A stretch of DNA of 64,000 nucleotides from the NCBI GenBank assembly GCA_963804975.1, contig CAWDSG010000002.1, positions 277,015 to 341,014 of the forward strand, read 5' to 3'. This DNA comes from an uncultured bacterium. GTDB taxonomy: Bacteria; Patescibacteriota; Minisyncoccia; Phycocordibacterales; GWA1-40-21. Every line of letters begins with the position of its first letter. Position 1 is the stretch's first letter. Of this stretch, positions 55,934-64,000 are shown piece by piece. Both the position numbers and the translations under genes were made by a program. Under the pieces are notes generated by a model, which saw only the letters and a list, made by a program, of their open reading frames with translations, did no database searches and was not told where the DNA came from.

Positions 55934-57043
55934 ATGAAAAAATTTTATATCGCCTTATCATTTATAATTTGCTTTTTGCTATTGTCGCAAAAAGCGCAAG
56001 CCAGTTATCATTTCGCAAATTTCAAGGGCAAGCCGCCGATTCATATCTCGGCAAATTCTTCCAAAACTCCTCAAGGCCTTGCTCCTGACGAAATTAAATC
56101 CGTTTATAATCTGCCCAAAACCGGCGGAAAAGGCACAGTTGCTGTTATTGACGCATATAACGATCAATATGCAGAACACGATCTCAGTGTATTTTCCACA
56201 ACATTCAATCTGCCGGCCTGCACGGTGAAAAACGGCTGTCTGGAAATCCATAAAATGTCCTCATCAATAAAAACGAATTCCGGCTGGCGCGGAGAAACAT
56301 CACTTGATATTGAATGGATCCATGCAATCGCGCCAGACGCAAAAATTCTTCTTGTTGAGGCAACAACCCCGAGCGGGACAAACCTAATCAATGCGGTTGA
56401 TTATGCCGCATCGCGGAAAGATGTAGTTTCCATATCAATGAGCTGGGGCGGAGCGGAATTTCCGGAGGAAGTTTCCATGGACAGCCATTTTATAAGCAAA
56501 TCAGGCGCGGTATTTTTCGCTTCTTCCGGAGATGACGGCGCGGGCGCATCGTGGCCTGCATCATCTCCGAATGTAATCGGTGTCGGCGGCACAACAGTGA
56601 ATTTCACATCGGGCGGAAATTTTCAAAAAGAAACCGCATGGAGCGGAAGCGGCGGAGGAGTCAGCGAATACGAAAAATCTCCGCTGTACCAGAGCAATTA
56701 CAGCATACCGAAATCAAAAAATATGAGGGCGATTCCCGATGTTTCCTACGATGCCGATCCTGTCTCAGGATTTTCAGTGTATTGGTCAAGCTCGGCTAAA
56801 GGCGGCGCATGGCATATCGTTGGCGGAACTTCAGCCGGAGCGCCGCAATGGGCGGCGATTGAATCTCTCGGCCATACCGTGACAAATCAAAAATTATATT
56901 CGGATAAAGCGCAGGAGAATTATTCCGATTATTTCCGCGATATTACTTCCGGCACGAACGGTTCATGCACATATTATTGCACCGCCAGGAAGCATTACGA
57001 CTATGTTACCGGTCTCGGAAGTCCGCTGACGGTTAAATTTTAA
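55934..57043 (+). CDS. secreted serine peptidase, S53 (sedolisin)-like / S8 superfamily
   Basis: Signal peptide. LAPDEIKSVYNLP...GKGTVAVIDAYND...DLSVFSTTFNLP is a sedolisin-type N-terminal block. Catalytic Ser motif GGTSAGAPQWAAI. Confidence 0.65.
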   Translation: MKKFYIALSFIICFLLLSQKAQASYHFANFKGKPPIHISANSSKTPQGLAPDEIKSVYNLPKTGGKGTVAVIDAYNDQYAEHDLSVFSTTFNLPACTVKNGCLEIHKMSSSIKTNSGWRGETSLDIEWIHAIAPDAKILLVEATTPSGTNLINAVDYAASRKDVVSISMSWGGAEFPEEVSMDSHFISKSGAVFFASSGDDGAGASWPASSPNVIGVGGTTVNFTSGGNFQKETAWSGSGGGVSEYEKSPLYQSNYSIPKSKNMRAIPDVSYDADPVSGFSVYWSSSAKGGAWHIVGGTSAGAPQWAAIESLGHTVTNQKLYSDKAQENYSDYFRDITSGTNGSCTYYCTARKHYDYVTGLGSPLTVKF

Positions 57044-57046
57044 TAC

Positions 57047-57817
57047 TTATTTCAATATCGTATCGATTATATTTTTTACATTCGCAAGCGGTATCGCGCC
57101 GTTAAGCGTTATTTCTTTGTTATCCGAAGAAATTAAAATGTTCTGCGCCAAATTCTGATTTGCGGTGTACATATTTATCGTATTTTCCTTGTCACTTGTG
57201 AGAGAAGTTTTCAAAATCATCACGGAGAAAGGAGTACCCTGCGCTCCGGCGGCAACCGCATCGTTTCCTTCCTGCCGTATAAGGCCGGCATAAGTGCTGC
57301 CCGCAAGGCATGCATTGAATTTTGTTACATTAAGTCCGAGTTCGCCGGCAATCATAGGCAATATAGCGGGATTCAAACTGTCGGTTGATGTTGTCGTAGA
57401 GAATATATTATCAATATAGTTCCAGAAAACCGCATTTCCGCCTTGTGCATTTGCGCATTCAATCGCGTCTGCTTCGTTCGGTGAAAGAGAATGGACGGTG
57501 AAATGGCGGTATACCCATGCCACCTGGCCGTCTTTGCCGTAAGTATTCACAACTGTTTGCATTGAATTTTGAAATACTTTGCAATACGGGCATTCGGTGT
57601 CGGAATATTCAACGATGACGATCGGAGCGTTCGGATTCCCAAGAATGTGATCATCTGTATTTATCGGCTTGATTGAAATGCTTGATGCCTGCGCTTGCGC
57701 ATTATTATTTGCCGGTGCGGGAGTATTGCTTTTGTTTGACAGAAGTATCGCGCCGGCTATCAATATGCCAACTACGATAATTGCTCCAGGTATAGATAAA
57801 TTATTTTTTTCTTCCAT
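57047..57817 (-). CDS. DsbA-family thiol:disulfide oxidoreductase, membrane-anchored
   Basis: N-terminal TM; CPYC active site in IVEYSDTECPYCKVF. Confidence 0.7.
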   Translation of the reverse strand: MEEKNNLSIPGAIIVVGILIAGAILLSNKSNTPAPANNNAQAQASSISIKPINTDDHILGNPNAPIVIVEYSDTECPYCKVFQNSMQTVVNTYGKDGQVAWVYRHFTVHSLSPNEADAIECANAQGGNAVFWNYIDNIFSTTTSTDSLNPAILPMIAGELGLNVTKFNACLAGSTYAGLIRQEGNDAVAAGAQGTPFSVMILKTSLTSDKENTINMYTANQNLAQNILISSDNKEITLNGAIPLANVKNIIDTILK

Positions 57818-57848
57818 AAAAGATTATTTTAACATATTATGAAATAGT

Positions 57849-57877
57849 TGCAAAAAATCATATTTTCGTGTAATATA
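57849..57877 (+). promoter_or_regulatory. sigma-70 promoter for rplU, probably giving a leaderless or very short-leader transcript
   Basis: TTGCAA, 17 nt, TAATAT, ending 6 nt before the rplU ATG (57884); no SD. Confidence 0.45.
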
Positions 57878-57883
57878 TCACGC

Positions 57884-58201
57884 ATGGAATTTGCAGTAAT
57901 CAAAACAGGAGGCAAGCAATATAAGGTTAAAAAAGGAGATTCTATAAAGATAGAAAAACTTTCCGATACTGCCAAAATCGGCGATAAAGTCGTTTTTGAA
58001 CAGGTTTTACTCGTAGATAACGGCAAAGACACAAGTATCGGTATGCCATATATAGCTGGCGCAAAAGTAGAGGCAAAAATAGAAAAAATAGGCAAGCTTC
58101 CGACTGTAACAGTCATTCATTACAAACAGAAGAGCAGATATTTCAAGAAAAACGGTCATAGACAGCCATATTTTCAAGTAAAAATTGATGCGATCAAATA
58201 A
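57884..58201 (+). CDS. rplU: 50S ribosomal protein L21
   Basis: MEFAVIKTGGKQYKVKKGDSIKIEKL...VLLVDNGKDTSIGMPYIAGAKVEAKI...VIHYKQKSRYFKKNGHRQPYFQVKI. Confidence 0.85.
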   Translation: MEFAVIKTGGKQYKVKKGDSIKIEKLSDTAKIGDKVVFEQVLLVDNGKDTSIGMPYIAGAKVEAKIEKIGKLPTVTVIHYKQKSRYFKKNGHRQPYFQVKIDAIK

Positions 58202-59849
58202 AACTCACAAATATATTTTCGTCGTTGGAGGCGTCATGTCGGGCGTAGGCAAAGGCATCGCTGTCTCATCTATCGGAACCCTTCTTCAAGCGAAGGGTTT
58301 TTCTGTAAACCTTCTGAAAGTTGATCCATATCTCAATGTTGACGCAGGAACGATGAATCCAGTGGAACACGGCGAAGTATTTGTTTTGAATTCAGGCCTT
58401 GAGACGGACCAGGATATGGGAAACTACGAAAGATTCCTGAACATAGATCTGACAAACGATGATTACATCACTTCCGGCATGGTTTACAAGCATGTCATTG
58501 AAGCGGAAAGGGCGCTTAAATACGGCGGAAAATGCGTGGAAGCCATTCCGCAAATCCGCGATGAAATAATCCACCGCTATGAAAAATCGGCGAGAGTGAG
58601 CAAATCGGATATCACTGTTGTGGAAATCGGCGGCACCATAGGCGACTATCAGAACATTATGTTCATAGAAGCGGCAAGGACGATAAAAGTAAGGCATCCG
58701 AATGACGTGGCTTTTATCATTGTCAGCTATATGCCGGTGCCAACAAAACTCGGCGAGATGAAATCCAAGCCGACTCAAAATGCTCTACGCCAACTCAATT
58801 CTTACGGAGTTAACGCAGATATAATCATTGCGCGCTCGGAGGTGAAAATGGACCAGAAAAGAAAAGAAAAAATAGCTATTTCCTGCAGTGTGCACACGGA
58901 CCATGTCATTTCCGCTCCGGATATAGAAAGTGTTTTTGATGTTCCGCTGAATTTTGAAAAAGATAACTTGAGCAAAATTTTAATAAAACTTTTATATTTG
59001 AAAAAAAAGAAAAATGGAACGGGAATGGGCAAGTGGAAGAGTTTTGCAAATAGCGTGAGAAACCTGCCTACCGGCCAGGCAGGTACCATAAATATCGCAA
59101 TTGTCGGCAAATACTTCAATACGGGCGATTTTGTGCTTACGGACGCTTATGTTTCGGTGCTTGAGGCCATCAAATACTCGGCATATAAGCTCAAGAAAAA
59201 AGCTGTGATCCACAGCGTAAATGCCCGTGATTACGAGAATAGAAAAGCCGATTTCAAAGCACTGGAAAAATTTGACGGGATAATCGTGCCCGGCGGATTC
59301 GGCGAATCAGGAATAGAAGGAAAGCTTGCCGTCATAAAATACGCTCGAGAAAAAAAGATTCCGTATTTCGGACTTTGCTACGGAATGCAGCTTATGGTCA
59401 TAGAATATGCCAGAAATGTTCTGAAGCTCAAAGACGCAAATACGGCTGAAATAAATCCTAAATCAAAAAATCTTGTCATAGATATAATGCCGGATCAGAA
59501 AAAGAAAATTGCGGAAGGTAATTATGGCGGGAGCATGCGGCTCGGCGCTTATCCTGCATTTTTGGAAAACGATACGATAGCCAGCGAGGCCTACGGAAAA
59601 AATAAAATTGAAGAAAGGCACAGGCATAGGTATGAAGTAAATCCTGAATATGCAAAAAAACTGACTAATGCCGGCCTGGTATTTTCCGGAAAATCACCGG
59701 ACGGAATCCTTATGGAAATCGCTGAGCTTCCGAAAAAAGTCCATCCGTTTTTCCTCGGTACCCAATTCCACCCGGAATTCTTAGCGCGACCTTTGAGCCC
59801 GCACCCTCTTTTTACGGAGTTCATAAAAGCAGCAATAAAGAAAAAATGA
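58185..59849 (+). CDS. pyrG: CTP synthase
   Basis: N-terminal KYIFVVGGVMSGVGKGI; GATase domain GLCYGMQLMVIEYARNV...GTQFHPEF. Overlaps the rplU 3' end. Confidence 0.9.
   Translation: MMRSNKTHKYIFVVGGVMSGVGKGIAVSSIGTLLQAKGFSVNLLKVDPYLNVDAGTMNPVEHGEVFVLNSGLETDQDMGNYERFLNIDLTNDDYITSGMVYKHVIEAERALKYGGKCVEAIPQIRDEIIHRYEKSARVSKSDITVVEIGGTIGDYQNIMFIEAARTIKVRHPNDVAFIIVSYMPVPTKLGEMKSKPTQNALRQLNSYGVNADIIIARSEVKMDQKRKEKIAISCSVHTDHVISAPDIESVFDVPLNFEKDNLSKILIKLLYLKKKKNGTGMGKWKSFANSVRNLPTGQAGTINIAIVGKYFNTGDFVLTDAYVSVLEAIKYSAYKLKKKAVIHSVNARDYENRKADFKALEKFDGIIVPGGFGESGIEGKLAVIKYAREKKIPYFGLCYGMQLMVIEYARNVLKLKDANTAEINPKSKNLVIDIMPDQKKKIAEGNYGGSMRLGAYPAFLENDTIASEAYGKNKIEERHRHRYEVNPEYAKKLTNAGLVFSGKSPDGILMEIAELPKKVHPFFLGTQFHPEFLARPLSPHPLFTEFIKAAIKKK
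59063..59083 (+). repeat. 21-nt hairpin element CCTGCCTACCGGCCAGGCAGG, in frame in pyrG (LPTGQAG)
   Basis: Exact match to the mnmA and dnaG copies. Confidence 0.85.
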
Positions 59850-60445
59850 TCAATTCAATAATTGAAGCTTTTTTGTTGGGTTTGGTTGGAGGAGCGACTC
59901 CCGGACCGATTTTAACTGGAACTTTCGCCGAAGTATTAAGATCAAATTTTGTTAGAAGTCTTAAAATAATATTTCAAGCTCTGGTAGCAGAAACTGTAGG
60001 AGCTTTATTGGTGTTATATGTTTTTTATACGGCTGGATTTTCACATACAGCTATACAGATAATATCAGTGTGCGGAGCCATAGTTTTATTTTGGATTGCT
60101 TCAAATATCTGGAAAATAAGAGAAATAAATGCAGAAACAAAGGAAATTTTATCTTTTTCAAAAATAATATTACTGACCGCTTTTAACAGCGGTTATTGGA
60201 TTTTTTGGGTAGCTGTTGGTATTCCTCAGGCATTGGCTTTTGACAAACAGATTGTCGGTGGAAAATTTTTATACTTAATTATTTTTGAAATCGGCTGGCT
60301 TATAGCAACAATGCTTTTGGCTTTTATTTTTTATAAATTCCGTCCGATTTTACAAAGAAAAAATCTTGTCGGTGCCACTTTCAAAATTCTTGCGATTGTT
60401 CTTGTATTTATTGGTATAAAAACATTACTGGGAGTGTTTTTTTAA
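59846..60445 (+). CDS. LysE/RhtB-family amino-acid exporter
   Basis: N-terminal AFLLGLVGGATPGPILTGTFAEVL is the LysE-type motif; about 6 TM. ATGA overlap with the pyrG stop. Confidence 0.6.
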   Translation: MINSIIEAFLLGLVGGATPGPILTGTFAEVLRSNFVRSLKIIFQALVAETVGALLVLYVFYTAGFSHTAIQIISVCGAIVLFWIASNIWKIREINAETKEILSFSKIILLTAFNSGYWIFWVAVGIPQALAFDKQIVGGKFLYLIIFEIGWLIATMLLAFIFYKFRPILQRKNLVGATFKILAIVLVFIGIKTLLGVFF

Positions 60446-60476
60446 ATCTATTTTGAGTAGTAATATTCAACGCCAC

Positions 60477-61430
60477 TTAATCAATAATATTAATTTTAAA
60501 TTTAATAGTTTTATTTTTTAAATTTTCACCTTTTACAAAAGTATCAACATCAAATATTCCTTTATTCAAAAATGTTATATTCATATTACCTTCCATCATT
60601 TTTGTATTTGATTGTATATATTCATGTTTAAATCTAATTATTTTTTCTTTTGTGGTTGTAGAAATTAAAAATTGTTCCTCTTTTTCAAGGATAAATTCTT
60701 TAGGAAATGTAAATCCAAGTTCTGCTGTTTTAAAAATATAAGAACTCAAATTTTCAAGTGAAATTTCTATTTTATGTGATCTATTTACCGAGTAAGAATA
60801 TACTTTGTTTTCTACAATTTTTTGTTCATCAAAAGTAATTTGTATTTGTTCTTGTTTGATAAACAATGATTCGCTGTCCTTTTTGCCATTATCAGCAATT
60901 GTATTTAAAAGTTGAAGTGTTTTTTCCTCAATTGAATTTCTCATATCATGAACGGCATATGAAGCATCTGTAATGGTTTTAATCGAGTTCGAAAAAATTA
61001 TTAGCGAAGAGATAAGAAATATGATACTCAATATCATAAATATATACGATACTATAAGTAAATTTGTATAAAAAAACAGGCTGCTCAAGAAAAATATTAA
61101 CGAAAAACCTAGGGCAAAAAGACTTCTAGACAAAATATTATTAGTGCTTAGATAAAATAACTTTCTTTCAACTCTTTTTTTTGTTAATTTAAGCAATTTG
61201 AGATTTTTATCTAAAAAAGCCACATCCATAGATTTATCGTTGCCTTGTTTCTTTTTTAACATCTCGTTTTCTATGTTTTCTTCTACTTGTTTTTGCTCAT
61301 TTTTATAATTTTGACTTAATATTTTTATTCCATCAGGAAATGAAGAAAGAGCTATTGTTAAAATAGGCAAAACAAAACTAATCAATGTTAAAATAAGTGT
61401 GCCGTAAATTTGAAAAATAATCTGTTCCAT
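60477..61430 (-). CDS. hypothetical membrane protein (several TM, C-terminal soluble domain)
   Basis: ORF with hydrophobic N-terminal half; no recognisable motif. Confidence 0.4.
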   Translation of the reverse strand: MEQIIFQIYGTLILTLISFVLPILTIALSSFPDGIKILSQNYKNEQKQVEENIENEMLKKKQGNDKSMDVAFLDKNLKLLKLTKKRVERKLFYLSTNNILSRSLFALGFSLIFFLSSLFFYTNLLIVSYIFMILSIIFLISSLIIFSNSIKTITDASYAVHDMRNSIEEKTLQLLNTIADNGKKDSESLFIKQEQIQITFDEQKIVENKVYSYSVNRSHKIEISLENLSSYIFKTAELGFTFPKEFILEKEEQFLISTTTKEKIIRFKHEYIQSNTKMMEGNMNITFLNKGIFDVDTFVKGENLKNKTIKFKINIID

Positions 61431-61472
61431 TGTTTAATTATATATTAAGCTTACTAAGTATATTTGTAAAGT

Positions 61473-62090
61473 TTACCTCCTATTTTTCAACGCATTCTTA
61501 ATTGTTTCTGGATCAGAATATTCCAATTCGGTGCCGGTGGAAAGTCCGCGGCCAAGCTCGCTTATTTTTATTCCATATTTTTTGACAAGAGGGGAAAGGG
61601 CTTTTTTGACCAAATCCGCCGTATATTCTCCCTCGGCATTTGCATCAAGCCCGAGGATTATTTCTTTAAGTCCCTTTTCAGCCATTTTGTTTACAAGAGC
61701 AAGCAATTCATTCAAACGGATTCTTTGCTCTGGATTTTTATCAAGCACAGGCACAAGCCCGCCAAGCACGAAATATTTTCCACCGAATAAATTGCTCTTT
61801 TCAATATTGTTCAAATCAACATCCAACCCGACAATCATAAGAGATTTATTATCGCGTGCATCGTCGGCGCAGATATCGCAGACTTTTTTATTGTCTTTAT
61901 TCTTCAAAAAATATCTCCTGCATTCGGCGCAAGATGCAATTTCCGATTTAAGCTCGGTTATTTCTTTTTTAAAATCTTCAATAAAATAGTCGTTTTTTGC
62001 CATCAAAAAGTAAACAAACCTTCTGGCTTGTTTCGGTCCGATTCCCGGAAACTCTGAAAATATTTTTATAAGTTTATCTATGCTGTTCAT
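61473..62090 (-). CDS. recR: recombination protein RecR
   Basis: HhH GIGPKQARRFVYFLM; C4 zinc finger CAECRRY...CDICADDARD; Toprim region LMIVGLDVD...EGEYTA. Confidence 0.85.
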   Translation of the reverse strand: MNSIDKLIKIFSEFPGIGPKQARRFVYFLMAKNDYFIEDFKKEITELKSEIASCAECRRYFLKNKDNKKVCDICADDARDNKSLMIVGLDVDLNNIEKSNLFGGKYFVLGGLVPVLDKNPEQRIRLNELLALVNKMAEKGLKEIILGLDANAEGEYTADLVKKALSPLVKKYGIKISELGRGLSTGTELEYSDPETIKNALKNRR

Positions 62091-63472
62091 TAAAATTTCT
62101 CTTCAGAACTTTTGTTAAAATCCCCATAATCCGACTTATCCATTGAAAGAAAAGACGATTTATCCTGGTCAAAGTAAAGCTCCACTCTTCCGGTTGGGCC
62201 ATTTCTGTGCTTTTCAATGAGTATTTCGGCTATTTGTTTCTTGCCGCCGCCTTCCTCATTTTGCTCGCGATGGATAAACATAACCACATCGGCGTCTTGC
62301 TCAATAGAGCCCGAATCTCTCAAATCAGAAAGGCGCGGCTTGCCTCCGCGTGATTCCACGGCACGGGATAGCTGTGAGAGCGCAAGGACAGGGATATCAA
62401 ATTCTTTGGCGAGCTGTTTCAGTGAATGGGAAATTTCCGTTATCTGCTGAACCATATTTTCATTTCCTTTGGCGTGTATCGGGGTCATAAGCTGCAAGTA
62501 ATCCACGATGACAAGTCCGAGATTTTTTTCGTGCTTCAATCGCCTTACCACGGCGCGCATTTTCAAGATATTATTTGCTGCCTGGTCATCTATGAAAAGG
62601 GGAGCTTTTGAAAGCGGATCAAGCGATGCGCGGATCTTGTCAAACTCGCTGTCTAAAGAAAGTTTCCCTGTGCGAAGCTTCCAGGCATCCACTCTTGATT
62701 CTGCTGCAAGCATTCTGTCCACCAATTGCTGCGTCGCCATTTCAAGAGAAAAAATTGCGGTAGGAATATTGTGCCTGATTGCGGCGTTTCTTGCGATATC
62801 CAAAGCAAGAGAAGTTTTTCCCATAGAAGGACGGGAGGCGAGAATCACCAGATCGGAATTCTGAAATCCGGAAAGCTTGAAATCCAAATCTTTGAATCCT
62901 GTCGGCACGCCCCTTATCTCTCCCTTGCTGTTGTGAAGCCGGTCAAGCCGGTCCATTGCCGTACCAAGCACGTCTTTCAGTTCTATGTATTTTCCGGAAA
63001 GATTTTTGCTTGTAACTTCATAAATTTTATTTTCTGCTTTATCCAAAAGTTCTTCCAGTTCATTTGTTTCATCATAGCCGAGATTGCTGATATGCTCTGA
63101 AGCTTCTATAAGCCGGCGCATTATATATTTTTTCTGGATTATTTCCGCATAGTGTTCGGCGTTTGATGAAGAGGGGACTGTGTTCACGATTTCGGTCAGA
63201 TAGCTCATTCCGCCGATCCTGTCCAAATCGCCGTTTTCTTTCAGTTTTGACGAGAGAGTGAGAATGTCTATCGGTTCCCGTTTTTCGTAAAGCTTCATCA
63301 TCGCGACAAAAATTGTCTTGTGCTTGTCTGAATAAAATGCCTCCGGGGAAAGTACGTCCATAATTTCCGGCAGTGCCTCAGGACGGAGCATAATAGAGCC
63401 GAGAAGCGCCTGCTCCGATTCAATATTTTGCGGAGGAATCCTGATATTTATTTTTCTTGTTTCGATTGGCAT
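62090..63472 (-). CDS. dnaB: replicative DNA helicase DnaB
   Basis: N-terminal PPQNIESEQALLGSIML; Walker A LASRPSMGKTSLALDIA; motifs VIVDYLQLM and SRGGKPRLSDLRDSGSIEQDADVVMFIHRE. Confidence 0.85.
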   Translation of the reverse strand: MPIETRKINIRIPPQNIESEQALLGSIMLRPEALPEIMDVLSPEAFYSDKHKTIFVAMMKLYEKREPIDILTLSSKLKENGDLDRIGGMSYLTEIVNTVPSSSNAEHYAEIIQKKYIMRRLIEASEHISNLGYDETNELEELLDKAENKIYEVTSKNLSGKYIELKDVLGTAMDRLDRLHNSKGEIRGVPTGFKDLDFKLSGFQNSDLVILASRPSMGKTSLALDIARNAAIRHNIPTAIFSLEMATQQLVDRMLAAESRVDAWKLRTGKLSLDSEFDKIRASLDPLSKAPLFIDDQAANNILKMRAVVRRLKHEKNLGLVIVDYLQLMTPIHAKGNENMVQQITEISHSLKQLAKEFDIPVLALSQLSRAVESRGGKPRLSDLRDSGSIEQDADVVMFIHREQNEEGGGKKQIAEILIEKHRNGPTGRVELYFDQDKSSFLSMDKSDYGDFNKSSEEKF

Positions 63473-63620
63473 GTTTTCGTTGATTCAATTCTAGCACAGC
63501 GCAAAAACCCATCGCAATATCAAATATTGGAACAATATGTGGTTAAATTGTGGAGAAAAAATTGACAGGTTATTTAAAATAATATACTATTAAAATAGAT
63601 TTAAAAACAAAGGAGGGTTT

Positions 63621-63869
63621 ATGTTTAAATGCAATGTTCTTTTAATTTTTGGTTTCATTTCTTACATATTATTTGGTCTTTTCTTGGCTTTTGTCGGAAT
63701 TGGTGGAGTTAATATGATTTTTAACTGGCTTCATCCAAAAATCGGACCATTAGCTTTTGTTCCTGTATTATGCTTTGCAGTAATGTTTATTATTTTTGCG
63801 TCCTTTGTTGTTGAACAAACATTTTCGTGGTTTAAGAAAAAAGTTCCAGAAAAATTACTGAGAAATTAG
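63621..63869 (+). CDS. small membrane protein (2 TM), hypothetical
   Basis: Strong SD AAAGGAGGG 5 nt upstream; two hydrophobic helices. Confidence 0.4.
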   Translation: MFKCNVLLIFGFISYILFGLFLAFVGIGGVNMIFNWLHPKIGPLAFVPVLCFAVMFIIFASFVVEQTFSWFKKKVPEKLLRN

Positions 63870-63879
63870 CTTCCTCAAA

Positions 63880-63925
63880 ACCAAAACCTCAACTATATTT
63901 ATTTAAAATAAGTTGGGGTTTTTTA
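63880..63925. terminator. bidirectional terminator between 63621..63869(+) and the minus-strand gene ending at 63923
   Basis: AAAACCTCAACT...AGTTGGGGTTTTTT hairpin; A-run and T-run on opposite sides. Confidence 0.45.
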
Positions 63926-64000
63926 TATTTTCTTTATTTCTTGTCCTTTGTCAGTGTCTTTAACTTCATACCCAAGTTTTGCAATTTCATCTCTCAATTC
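63923..64000 (-). CDS. C-terminal fragment of a minus-strand gene (5' part beyond the window); possibly a class-I aminoacyl-tRNA synthetase C-terminus
   Basis: Reverse-strand translation ...ELRDEIAKLGYEVKDTDKGQEIKKI* ends at TAA (63923-63925). Weak resemblance to CysRS-type C-termini only. Confidence 0.25.
   Translation of the reverse strand, partial: ELRDEIAKLGYEVKDTDKGQEIKKI

Overview
This is an AT-rich, gene-dense bacterial window, almost all coding and mostly on the + strand. Its style (short-form AlaS without the C-Ala domain, giant Ig-repeat surface proteins, anchored solute-binding proteins) fits a streamlined CPR/Patescibacteria-like genome, but that is inference only. No BLAST or structure prediction was run; calls rest on sequence features seen directly plus recalled family signatures.

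Content in order:
- A partial FtsX/MacB-type permease C-terminus (1..195).
- A secreted beta-rich protein with an OMP-like C-terminus, on the minus strand.
- A 2354-aa membrane-anchored surface protein built from DUF5011-like and Big_2/Big_3-like Ig domains, with long near-identical internal repeats.
- A Liv-type (branched-chain amino acid) ABC importer: LivH, LivM, LivG and LivF interleaved with six paralogous solute-binding protein genes.
- A frameshifted ychF, a P-loop kinase, mnmA, an ATP-cone/PD-(D/E)xK nuclease fusion, a family-4 uracil-DNA glycosylase, a GNAT acetyltransferase, short-form alaS, and a PilM/FtsA-like protein.
- A membrane-anchored single-HKD PLD/Nuc-like nuclease.
- The alpha ribosomal operon: infA-rpmJ-rpsM-rpsK-rpsD-rpoA-rplQ-rplM-rpsI.
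- An OMP-decarboxylase-fold gene, a surface-anchored DUF5011-lipase/esterase, a stand-alone Cas4/RecB-like 4-Cys nuclease, TspO, and a DnaJ-like zinc-finger protein.
- rpoB-rpoC-dnaG-rpoD as one contiguous block.
- A TIG/Big_2/PG-binding surface protein, an S53 (sedolisin) peptidase, DsbA, rplU, pyrG, a LysE-type exporter, and recR plus dnaB on the minus strand.
- No rRNA, canonical tRNA or CRISPR array.

Most notable observations:
1. A 21-nt GC-rich hairpin (CCTGCCTACCGGCCAGGCAGG) sits in frame inside four unrelated housekeeping genes (mnmA, alaS, dnaG, pyrG). In each it adds the heptapeptide LP[T/A]GQAG.
2. Three copies of a long imperfect-palindrome element (about 140-175 nt) carry a covarying stem and end exactly at the start codons of rpmJ, rpsD and rpoB.
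3. A recurring terminator hairpin family (CCCCGAGG...CCTCGGGG with a CCTGTTGATAA extension) occurs in inverted copies flanking the pyrF-like gene.
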